Shown here piece after piece: positions 1-7,947 of a stretch of DNA of 32,000 nt. Each line of letters opens with the position of its first letter. Within the stretch, counting starts at the first letter, position 1. The notes below the pieces were generated by a model. The model searched no databases. It was not told where the DNA came from and was given only the letters and a program-made list of their open reading frames with translations. The DNA comes from Cupriavidus necator (GTDB lineage: Bacteria; Pseudomonadota; Gammaproteobacteria; Burkholderiales; Burkholderiaceae). Location: the NCBI RefSeq assembly GCF_016127575.1, contig NZ_CP066018.1:810001-842000 (forward strand). The letters are read 5' to 3'. The position numbers and the translations under genes are program-made.

Positions 1-939
1 GGCGTTCAGGTAGGCAATCGCCGCCTGCAGGTCATAGAAGCCCACGGCTTCCTCGCCCGCCATCACCGTGACATTGGCCAGCTTTGGTTCGGGGAAGATC
101 TTCAGGCTCATCGCCTCGGCCGCGCTATAGATTTCCATAAAGAACAGCCGGCGCGCTGCGTTAAGCGTGAAGGTTGGCAGGCCGATTACCATGTCCGAGT
201 CATAAGGGAGCCCCCTTCTGGGCTGACCGTCATAACCGGCATAGTTCTTCACAAAATAGTCCGCCATACGCTCATCGGCATGCTCTTCGTTCTCTGCCAG
301 AATCGACGGTGCCGGCATTCCCCAATCGATCTGCTCTGCCAATCGGTCCCGGCCATTCATGTATCGATTGGACTCCTTGATATAGGTGGGTGTATTGATC
401 CATGTCTGCGGCATGCCGGCGAACACTCGGATGTCGGCAAAATCCGGCCGTCGCGTGCCGTTTCGGATCGAATAGAAGTAGTTCGCGTTGGCCGCGGTGT
501 GGTAGCCCAGTGGATAGAGCGGCTCACGGATCAAGGCGTTAAGCGCTTTCCAGTAGACCGGGTTGGGATTGTCGTTCTTCCAGACTGGGTTGACGCCGCG
601 GACAAGCAGCCCCGGCGCATCACCGAGCTTCAGATGCGGGCTGTCCGTATCGGACGGATTGCGGTGCGCCAGTCCCTGCGCCCACAGCAAATTCCAGTGG
701 GTCGGGTAGTCCTTCCACATCAGGGGATTCATCCATTGCACGCCAAGCACATATGCGACTGGGGCGTCAGGGCCGCTCGCGGGCACGCGCGCAGCAATTG
801 GATACGGCGACGGATCTCGGTGGTAGGTAGACATGGGTTTTCCCAATGAACAGGCTGACAGCAGCGCCGCAGTGACGGCTCCCGCGATGGCCACGGCTAG
901 CCGGTTGGTGTGCTGTTTGAATCGGTCAGTGGTGTTCAC
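1..939 (-). CDS. Putative lipoprotein, 3' end outside window; candidate periplasmic immunity partner (Tli) of the upstream Tle-like lipase
   Basis: Absent from the ORF track because no stop lies inside the window. I translated the reverse strand by hand and the frame is open from 939 to 1 (313 codons). The GTG at 939-937 is preceded by GGGAGGG about 5 nt upstream and overlaps the Tle stop codon (928-926) by 14 nt. The N-terminus VNTTDRFKQHTNRLAVAIAGAVTAALLSAC has a basic n-region, a hydrophobic core and an L-S-A-C lipobox. The in-frame ATG at 834 would remove the signal peptide. Confidence 0.7.
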   Translation of the reverse strand, partial: MNTTDRFKQHTNRLAVAIAGAVTAALLSACSLGKPMSTYHRDPSPYPIAARVPASGPDAPVAYVLGVQWMNPLMWKDYPTHWNLLWAQGLAHRNPSDTDSPHLKLGDAPGLLVRGVNPVWKNDNPNPVYWKALNALIREPLYPLGYHTAANANYFYSIRNGTRRPDFADIRVFAGMPQTWINTPTYIKESNRYMNGRDRLAEQIDWGMPAPSILAENEEHADERMADYFVKNYAGYDGQPRRGLPYDSDMVIGLPTFTLNAARRLFFMEIYSAAEAMSLKIFPEPKLANVTVMAGEEAVGFYDLQAAIAYLNA

Positions 940-3274
940 CGAGCCCTCCCTGCAGAACTTGCCCGCCGAAGGCTGGGTCACGCTCGGTGGGTCGGTGATG
1001 CTTGTTTGCGGAAGGTGTCTGTGAGATGCGGTTGTCCGAGCGCTCATCATCCATACCAAGCGCTCTCGGAACATCAGCTTTGTAATCCTTTTGACTCTCC
1101 AGCCGATCTCCATTTATCCGACCAGAACCGTAGTACCAACTCCATTCCTTCATCTGATCGTCTTCCCGGTCACAGCGCCTCCAGTCCGCCAGTTGCCTCA
1201 GCCACTTCATCTCCGCCTCCGGCATCATGCAGATGCCCACATCAACGTCATAGGCGAGCACCTTCTCGCAGTGCACCGGATTGGTCAGGATGGTCGAGTG
1301 GTTCGTAGCATTCAGATCCACCGCGTATTTCAGGAAATACCCGCGCTTGTCTGCATCGAACTCGCGGAATTCCGCATACTCGTCCCCCGCAAGGTCCCCG
1401 CCATCCTTCATCTGCTCAATGGCCGCCTCATAGGGATCGTCAGCCTTGCGTCGGGCAAGCTGACGCACGCTGGCATTGTGTTCATAGCGCAGCGCCGCTT
1501 CGTCGCTGTAGTCCGCCGCGCCCTGCCCCGCGCTCCGGTACTTGTCGTAGATGTCGTCGCTCCTGCCTGCCGGATTGAGCGCATCCGTGTGCGACTCGGG
1601 TCCCTGGTTGAAGATCCCTTCCACTGTCCCGGCTTTCGCGCTTTGCCCACCATCGTCAGGCGCCCGTTTGTCGGGGTGATACAGGTGGATGGCCCGCGGC
1701 GCGATGGCCTCCTTCACTGCCGGGGCATTGATCGGCACGGTCCAGCCGTCCGGTGGGTCGGCGTTCACGGGCACATAGTTGACATGCCCGAACGTCGTCA
1801 CCCTTAGCAGGGCGAAGGCCATTTCATAGATTCCACCGAGCGCGGTCGCACCAAGCTTTTCTCCGAAGCCGCGCTGGTCGTCCTGCCATACCCGCGTCAG
1901 ATGAAAGCGCAGTGGCAATGGCTTGCGGTACCAGAATGCCTTCCCATCGCCCTGGATCGGATCGACCTTCGACGGGTTACCTTTGTCGTAATAGACGAAG
2001 TTGCTTGGCTTGGCACCAACTTCGAATGGCATCTGGCCATACTTGCCCGGATTGCCCTGGGCCCACACACGCTGGAACAAGACTTCGGCATGATGCGCGA
2101 AAGCATAGGGGCGATCGCCGCGCGCCTTGGCCGACTCCAGCATGTCGTGATCGGTACCGGCCAGCACCTCCTTCGACAGGCCCAGCCACCCCATCCCCTG
2201 CACGGTGCTTACTGAAATCACTTGATCGTGGGGATTGCTATAGAGGAAAACGTGCTTGCGTGTCTGACGTTCCTTGCTGTCCTTCCCGGCAGTCCAGGGG
2301 GCTTCCCCTTGCTTGGGACGCCGGGTGGGCGTCAGGGCGTTGACGCAGTCGTCGCTGGCATGATCAAAGCTGGAGGCACCGACAATCTCAAAGAAGCGAT
2401 CCAGCGTCTTGCGCCGCGCAAAAACGGTGACGCGGCCCAGGTCCGTGTCGGCGTTGTACTGCCCGAAGTTATCGAAGAAGTTCGGCAGGACGCTGTATGG
2501 CGGATTGGCGAGTACATAGGTGTCCGCCACGCCATCCCCGCCGAAGTCATGTTTGCCAATAAATGCCGAGGCCATGCCGACCATATTGCCCTGGCTGTGA
2601 CAGACCACCGTGACCGGACACGCCTTGCCATAGGCGTCAATATGCTTGACCCGGACTTGCGCCACCAGTGCGGCCAGGCGCCGGGCGGCATGCGCTCCAT
2701 AGTGGCGTGGGGGGCAGCCGTAGATCAGCCGGCTTGTCTCCGTATTCAGGTCCTGCGCCTGTAACCCGGCAAACAGGTCGGTGACCGTGCCCGTGGTCCA
2801 CAGATCCGGCAGGGCAGAGCATCCGTTGGCGAAGGGACCGCCGCCCCAGGCATCCTCTTCGTCAAGCAAGATGTTTGGCCCAACCGTCGCCAGGTCCTCC
2901 TTGGCAGCTTTATAGCCCCAGCGGAATCGGATAATGGGGCTCTGGTCGCCATCGGCAACGAAGTTCGTCGCATTGACTTCCCGGGACAGGTAGCCTTTGG
3001 GTGTCAGCTCCGACAGATACTGCGCTGGCCGTAGCGCCCCCATGTCGTACGTATCGCCCGTTTCCCCGCGCTGCTGGCGCTGATTCAAGCCTTTGCACAA
3101 GCCTTCTTCAGCGCTGGCGAACCATTCGCCGTTCGAGTTCACGCCGTGCACGAAGATGATGATGCCGGGCAGCGTCTTCAGGTCGAGCTTTCGGAGCGCC
3201 TTACTTGGAACGTGAATGTCGTCGGCGCTGGCAATCGGGTTGACCCCTTGTCTGGATACTATGGGTGCACTCAT
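926..3274 (-). CDS. T6SS lipase/phospholipase-like effector (alpha/beta-hydrolase, Tle family; Tle3/DUF3274-like by recollection)
   Basis: 782-aa ORF starting 33 nt downstream of vgrG. The N-terminal PGIIIFVHGVNSNGEW motif is typical of alpha/beta hydrolases. The nucleophile elbow is VVCHSQGNMVG, with Ser227 encoded at 2596-2594. About 450 aa of C-terminal region follow, with no motif I can name. No signal peptide. Position directly after vgrG and before a lipoprotein gene fits a Tle/Tli pair. Confidence 0.7.
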   Translation of the reverse strand: MSAPIVSRQGVNPIASADDIHVPSKALRKLDLKTLPGIIIFVHGVNSNGEWFASAEEGLCKGLNQRQQRGETGDTYDMGALRPAQYLSELTPKGYLSREVNATNFVADGDQSPIIRFRWGYKAAKEDLATVGPNILLDEEDAWGGGPFANGCSALPDLWTTGTVTDLFAGLQAQDLNTETSRLIYGCPPRHYGAHAARRLAALVAQVRVKHIDAYGKACPVTVVCHSQGNMVGMASAFIGKHDFGGDGVADTYVLANPPYSVLPNFFDNFGQYNADTDLGRVTVFARRKTLDRFFEIVGASSFDHASDDCVNALTPTRRPKQGEAPWTAGKDSKERQTRKHVFLYSNPHDQVISVSTVQGMGWLGLSKEVLAGTDHDMLESAKARGDRPYAFAHHAEVLFQRVWAQGNPGKYGQMPFEVGAKPSNFVYYDKGNPSKVDPIQGDGKAFWYRKPLPLRFHLTRVWQDDQRGFGEKLGATALGGIYEMAFALLRVTTFGHVNYVPVNADPPDGWTVPINAPAVKEAIAPRAIHLYHPDKRAPDDGGQSAKAGTVEGIFNQGPESHTDALNPAGRSDDIYDKYRSAGQGAADYSDEAALRYEHNASVRQLARRKADDPYEAAIEQMKDGGDLAGDEYAEFREFDADKRGYFLKYAVDLNATNHSTILTNPVHCEKVLAYDVDVGICMMPEAEMKWLRQLADWRRCDREDDQMKEWSWYYGSGRINGDRLESQKDYKADVPRALGMDDERSDNRISQTPSANKHHRPTERDPAFGGQVLQGGLGEHH

Positions 3275-3307
3275 ATCTGGTTCCGTGACAATCGATGCGA
3301 AGCAGAC

Positions 3308-5902
3308 TCAGTACAGCTTGGGCGCAAATATCTTTACGCTCACCGCCTCGATCAGATCCGAAGCCGACTGCGCGGTTTCGCCAGCGGCATTGGTTACACC
3401 TTCCACCACACTGCCGTCCGCCTTGACAATCTGGTAGGGTGCATTGGGGACCGGTCGCTCGAGCTCGCCTGCCTTCAGCAGGAACTTTCGGCCCGCGTCA
3501 CCCTGGCTAAACTGCGGCAACGGTCCGTTCAGGCTGGACGGCCCTACGATGTCGAAATCCGACGTATGCAGCAGGATCCCGCCAGGACCATAGATATCCA
3601 CCTTGCCTCCGCCAATGCGGATGCCGGCACCGTCCGCTGTCATCAAGCTCAGGCTCTTGCCCGCGTTCAGAACGATGTTGCCATCGGTTGCGGTCACCAC
3701 TACGTTCTGTCTGGCATTCGCTTCGATGTTGGATTTCTGCGCCTGCAGAAGCAGATTGCCCTGATGCGCAATGCCGCGCAGCTCACCGCTGTGCGCGAAG
3801 AACCCGATTCCCTGCCCCGCATTGACAACGAACTGCTGCCCTGCGGTCATTTGCTGGTTCAACCGTGAGACGGTGTCGATATGCTTGCCGGCATACGTCG
3901 TCAATATCTTGGGCGTGGCCAGTGCCATGCCCGCCGGCGCATAGGCACCGATCAGCGGCTGACCTCCCTCACCAGGCACGTCCTTGTGGTTGTTGGCGCC
4001 AGCGTCCCACTCCCTGACGGCCCGCGTGAGTTCGGCCTGCGGGTCCGTATCGGCAGCCAGCCCTTCATGGGCATGGCCATAGTCCCCCAACGCCTTCGCC
4101 GCCTCCAGCGCCGCCTCCATGCAGCGGATAAACTCGTCGCGCGACAGGTGCCCGCCCATGGCGCCTACCTGCCCTTCCGCGGTAACGAACAAGCCCTTCC
4201 CACCGCGTATGGCACCCTGCCCATCGGTGCGCAGGTCGAAGCCTTCACCACGCCGGTCCTTGCGCCCGGCGTGGTCCGGCACCCCGGTCAGATAGCCCAG
4301 GTTCAGTTGCGATGCCTGGTGATCCGAGGACAGCTGCGCCTGGATCTGATCCTTCGTATCGTCCATCAGCAGGTGATTGTGGCGCCCGCCAAACAACTCC
4401 TTGCTGCGAATCCCCGACAAGGCATGCTGCCCCGGCAGCGCCCACGGCGGCAGATTGAGCTGATTCGGCGCCCGCCCGACAATCACGGGACAGTCCGGAT
4501 CGCCGTTGATGAACGCCACAATGACCTCCTGCCCGATACGCGGAATGTGCATCGCGCCGAACTGGTCGCCCGACCAGCCGTTGACCACCCGAATCCACGG
4601 TGACGAGTTCTCGTCGTACTTCCCGTAGCGATCCCATTCGAATTGAATGATCACGTTGCCGTGATCGTTGCACCAGATCTCCTGGTTCTTCGGGCCGGTC
4701 ACCACGGCCCGCTGCACGCCGGCCACGTATGGCTTGCCGACCGTGCGCGGCGGGCGAAAGACTTCATCAGTGGGGTGCGCTTCAAACGCAACGCGGCACG
4801 AAAACTGTTGCCCGCTGCCGGATTCGCCGCCGACATCCTCCAGCTCCAGCGTCGCACCGATCACCAGATACTCGCGGTTCATCGCCGGGTTGCCGTGATT
4901 GCTCACCAGGTAGGTGCAGCCCGCCACCACTCCGCGCAGCGCACCCACGCCCCGCGCACGCCGGCCACGCGAGCGGCGCTCCTCCATGCGGATCCTCGCC
5001 CGCATCTCGCCCACCGCCGGATCGACATAGTCGCCCGGGTGCTCGTAGCGCTCGAAGTCGGCGAAGCTGGTATTGCGCGGCTGGCTGTTGTCGGTGGTCA
5101 GATTCGCGCGCGGCTTGCGTGGATCGTAGTCGTTCAACGTCACCTTGCCCGTGCGCAGCCGGTTGACCGGATCGAAGCGGACCAGATGTTCCTGGTCGAT
5201 CTTGAAGCCACGCGGATAGAGTGGCAGCGTGCGATAGGCCTCGCTGGGAAACGCGCGGTACGCGCCCGATTCGGCGGCCAGGATCAGCCGATGGTGTCCG
5301 CCGTCATGCTCGAAGAAGTATGTAATGCCATACTCTTCGGTCAGGCGCTGGATGAAATGCGCATCGGTCTCGCCATGCTGCACCTCCCAGGCAAGCTTCG
5401 GATAGACCGATGTATCGAGGCGCTTCTCCACCGAGAACGGGTAGTCCGCAAGCACCTCGTCAAGAATCTCAATCACCGTCTTCTTCTGGAAGGGCTTGAA
5501 GTCCGACGTCTGCGTCGCGAGCCACAGCCAGGGACGCAGCGTGAACCGGTACAAGCGATTCTCCGCAACGCCGCCGACATGCTCGATATCTGAGATGACG
5601 CCGGTGATCTCGCGGTGCCCTGCGCCCACGCCACCCAGCAGCCCTGTGCCCATGCCATCGAGCTCGATCGTGACGGTCATCTCGCGGCCGATCATCGCAT
5701 CGGGATCTGCCTCCGCAAGATACTGTTCCGCGGCAGGCGAGACCGCACGCAGGTCTACCTTGTAGGTGAAGAGTTCGCTCAATCCCTCATGACCTGAGAG
5801 CCTCACGAATTCCAGCTGGGGCTGTCCCAGCAAATCAGGAATGGCTGCGCTGGAAACGCTAACGGTGCGAGAACACGAAGCAAAAGCAGCTAGCCGATTC
5901 AT
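3308..5902 (-). CDS. vgrG: VgrG (TssI) spike protein with short C-terminal extension
   Basis: The translation shows hallmarks of the gp27/gp5-like VgrG core (LSGHEGLSELFTYKVDL, RIGQEVIVAFINGDPDCPVIVGR, and a DUF2345-like repeat region). I place the start at the ATG at 5902 (MNRLAAFASCSRTVSVSS...). The 29-codon upstream extension of the ORF track would overlap the preceding lipoprotein gene. Confidence 0.9.
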   Translation of the reverse strand: MNRLAAFASCSRTVSVSSAAIPDLLGQPQLEFVRLSGHEGLSELFTYKVDLRAVSPAAEQYLAEADPDAMIGREMTVTIELDGMGTGLLGGVGAGHREITGVISDIEHVGGVAENRLYRFTLRPWLWLATQTSDFKPFQKKTVIEILDEVLADYPFSVEKRLDTSVYPKLAWEVQHGETDAHFIQRLTEEYGITYFFEHDGGHHRLILAAESGAYRAFPSEAYRTLPLYPRGFKIDQEHLVRFDPVNRLRTGKVTLNDYDPRKPRANLTTDNSQPRNTSFADFERYEHPGDYVDPAVGEMRARIRMEERRSRGRRARGVGALRGVVAGCTYLVSNHGNPAMNREYLVIGATLELEDVGGESGSGQQFSCRVAFEAHPTDEVFRPPRTVGKPYVAGVQRAVVTGPKNQEIWCNDHGNVIIQFEWDRYGKYDENSSPWIRVVNGWSGDQFGAMHIPRIGQEVIVAFINGDPDCPVIVGRAPNQLNLPPWALPGQHALSGIRSKELFGGRHNHLLMDDTKDQIQAQLSSDHQASQLNLGYLTGVPDHAGRKDRRGEGFDLRTDGQGAIRGGKGLFVTAEGQVGAMGGHLSRDEFIRCMEAALEAAKALGDYGHAHEGLAADTDPQAELTRAVREWDAGANNHKDVPGEGGQPLIGAYAPAGMALATPKILTTYAGKHIDTVSRLNQQMTAGQQFVVNAGQGIGFFAHSGELRGIAHQGNLLLQAQKSNIEANARQNVVVTATDGNIVLNAGKSLSLMTADGAGIRIGGGKVDIYGPGGILLHTSDFDIVGPSSLNGPLPQFSQGDAGRKFLLKAGELERPVPNAPYQIVKADGSVVEGVTNAAGETAQSASDLIEAVSVKIFAPKLY

Positions 5903-5925
5903 GGGATGGGTTCTGGTTTCCCTGC

Positions 5926-7020
5926 TCACCTCCTCTCTCCCTCCACCGCACCTGGCCGGGGCCGGATCGAATTCGCCACCTTGTCCCAAATCCTCAGCAC
6001 CTCATCGTCATCCATCGATGAGTCGACATAAGCGCCACCAGGAATCTGTCCGCCGGTCATTAACGTAAGATGCATCTGCGGCTGCATGTACTGCGGCGTA
6101 TCCCGCTTGGTCTCCGCCTTCAAACCCTGCCGCCTGTATCCCTCTTCCTTGAAGGTCTCCACAAGCTCATCTGCTTCCATGCCGGCAACGGTTCGCTTGC
6201 CCTTGCGTAGGGTGTGGAATGCGAGCCGATATGCCAGCGGGGCGCCTTCCAATCGCTTTTCCAGTCGCGCGATCATGCCCTCGTCCTGCGTGACAAGCGC
6301 GCGCGAATGGATGTCAAAGAGAAGATCCTTATGGAGTTCACTTTGAAAACTGAACATCGCCGTCTCTTCGTCGTGGATGTCGTTCAGCACTACGCCTTTG
6401 ACACAGAAGCCGGGACCGGCAGCCTCCGGGTCGGTATAGGCGCGAGTGTGGACTGCGAGGTTTCGCAACCGCGCTTCTACCGCTTCCGCCGGCTCGCTAT
6501 CGGGGTAGCTCTTTTCCTCAAAGATGACGTATCGCAAGTCTCCCGCCAGGAGGTGGATTTCGCTTCTAAAGTATTTACCTTGCTGCGCATTGTCGTAGCG
6601 ACGAATCAGATAGCCTCCTTCACCTTCACCTAACGGTGTACTGGACACCAACATCGGGGCATGTGTAACTTCATTGCGTGCATCCCTTAGTTCTTGCATT
6701 CGCTTACTCACCGCCCGCTCAAAATCTTCGCGCAGGATGACCGGCTCTGCCTCCACCGGACGTTGCTTGGGCACCTTGACATAGATGCGCTTGAAGTCCT
6801 TATCTTTGCCATAGAGCAACTCGGCATCGCCGGGACTGTCCATCGAATCCGGTACCGAATTGAACTCTTCTGGCAGGTCAATTAGGAAACGGCCAATGCA
6901 ATGCGTCTTGTATGGCTGGTGGATATCCATGGGCGGAAAGGGATTTGTGGCCGCTCGTTGACAGCCAGTCGTTAGAAGTGCGGCCAGAAACAGGCCAGCC
7001 ATGTTCAGTTTGGCGGCCAT
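5926..7020 (-). CDS. Lipoprotein, Tli4-family-like T6SS immunity protein (probable orphan)
   Basis: 364 aa with N-terminus MAAKLNMAGLFLAALLTTGC (signal peptide with a lipobox-like TTGC). It carries THCIGRFLIDLP near the N-terminus and WDKVANSIRPRP near the C-terminus. I recall both as hallmarks of the Tli4-type immunity family. GC content is visibly lower than its neighbours: three 60-nt samples gave 43-52%. Confidence 0.6.
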   Translation of the reverse strand: MAAKLNMAGLFLAALLTTGCQRAATNPFPPMDIHQPYKTHCIGRFLIDLPEEFNSVPDSMDSPGDAELLYGKDKDFKRIYVKVPKQRPVEAEPVILREDFERAVSKRMQELRDARNEVTHAPMLVSSTPLGEGEGGYLIRRYDNAQQGKYFRSEIHLLAGDLRYVIFEEKSYPDSEPAEAVEARLRNLAVHTRAYTDPEAAGPGFCVKGVVLNDIHDEETAMFSFQSELHKDLLFDIHSRALVTQDEGMIARLEKRLEGAPLAYRLAFHTLRKGKRTVAGMEADELVETFKEEGYRRQGLKAETKRDTPQYMQPQMHLTLMTGGQIPGGAYVDSSMDDDEVLRIWDKVANSIRPRPGAVEGERR

Positions 7021-7095
7021 ATCAAGTTCCCCGGGGGCGTCCTGACTTGTGCCGTCAGCTTGACAATGCTATACAGCGTCACGAACTGAGCCATC

Positions 7096-7203
7096 TCATT
7101 CCAGCTGGGGCTGTCCCAGCAGGTCGGGAATCGCCGCGCTGGAAACGCTAACGGTGCGATTCCGCCCAACGGCCAGGCTCTTCAGATTGTTTAGCGCACT
7201 CAT
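7096..7203 (-). pseudogene. Truncated 5' relic of a second vgrG (35 codons then TGA)
   Basis: Translates to MSALNNLKSLAVGRNRTVSVSSAAIPDLLGQPQLE*. Residues RTVSVSSAAIPDLLGQPQLE are identical to residues 12-31 of the intact VgrG. At the DNA level, 7098-7159 matches 5809-5870 at 57/62 positions. Confidence 0.8.
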
Positions 7204-7333
7204 GAGGTCATCTCTTTAACGGCCGCTCGGAGTCTGGCCGTTGTCATCCGCATGGATTCCGCACTCGGTCAATGCCAGCGTCCTTGGCCTCGCCAGCTTC
7301 CACTCGGGTAGCCGGCGAGACCGGTCATGACAA

Positions 7334-7819
7334 TCAGGCTTCCTTATTGCCCTTGATGTCGTAGCCCGCGGTCACAGCACCACCGCTGCCGCCCTGGGCG
7401 TTCTGCACCACATACTCCTGCTTCACCCTGGAGAACGACAGCGCCACCTTCTCGCGCATGCGCACTTCGTCATCCACCGAGCCCTTGGGGCTCACCTTGG
7501 TGACGATCACGTCGGTCATGGTGAGCTTCAGGTATTCGAGCGGATTGCCGCCGGCCTTGCGCACCACCAGCACGGCCTCGTTGATGTGCTTGCCGGTCAG
7601 GCAGTACTTCATCAGGTTGGGCGAGGCGCGGTCGATGAAGTGCTCGAAGGACAGGTCCGACACGGTCGCCTTGCCGGCGCCGCCGCCGCTGCCCGCGTGC
7701 ATGGTGGACTGCTGCTCGATGCTCCAGTCCCAGGCCAGCACTTCGACTTCGTTCTTGTGCGACGAATCCTGCGACTCGCCATCGATGCCATTGATCTTCA
7801 GGAAAATGTCCTGTGCCAT
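7334..7819 (-). CDS. hcp: Hcp (TssD) tube protein
   Basis: MAQDIFLKINGIDGESQDSSHKNEVEVLAWDWS... is a classical Hcp1-type N-terminus; 161 aa. The ATG at 7819 is preceded by AAGGAG. The 38-codon upstream extension in the ORF track has no support. Confidence 0.95.
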   Translation of the reverse strand: MAQDIFLKINGIDGESQDSSHKNEVEVLAWDWSIEQQSTMHAGSGGGAGKATVSDLSFEHFIDRASPNLMKYCLTGKHINEAVLVVRKAGGNPLEYLKLTMTDVIVTKVSPKGSVDDEVRMREKVALSFSRVKQEYVVQNAQGGSGGAVTAGYDIKGNKEA

Positions 7820-7874
7820 TGCAAAACTCCTTGACGTTAAGACAGGTACTGCAGACAAGAGCCACAGCCAGGGC

Positions 7875-7900
7875 CGCGCCCCAATCAGGTCAGGGGCGCG
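7875..7900 (-). other. GC-rich hairpin in the tssC-hcp intergenic region
   Basis: CGCGCCCC (7875-7882) pairs with GGGGCGCG (7893-7900), giving an 8-bp stem and a 10-nt loop. It lies inside the 128-nt tssC-hcp spacer. Confidence 0.35.
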
Positions 7901-7947
7901 ATACCTCGGCGTGGAACTACCGGTACGTTTCAACGCCTGAGCGACGC

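Noticed and set aside
7021-7095. Possible continuation of vgrG homology after a 13-nt insertion (TTCGTGA recurs at about 7082-7088 in the relic)
   Set aside because: Only 7 nt match and the downstream translation (FVTLYSIVKLTAQV) does not resemble VgrG (FVRLSGHEGLSELF), so this is too short to separate from chance.
7820-7933. N-terminal extensions offered by the ORF track for hcp (7820-7933), vgrG (5903-5989), fdsB (24752-24898), fdxA (26850-27311), the hemerythrin gene (27452-27625), tagJ (13711-13824), tssF, tssG, tssA and udgX
   Set aside because: The family-conserved N-termini begin at internal start codons that have Shine-Dalgarno sequences or start/stop coupling to the upstream gene. 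The extensions would overlap neighbouring genes and add basic, low-complexity residues.
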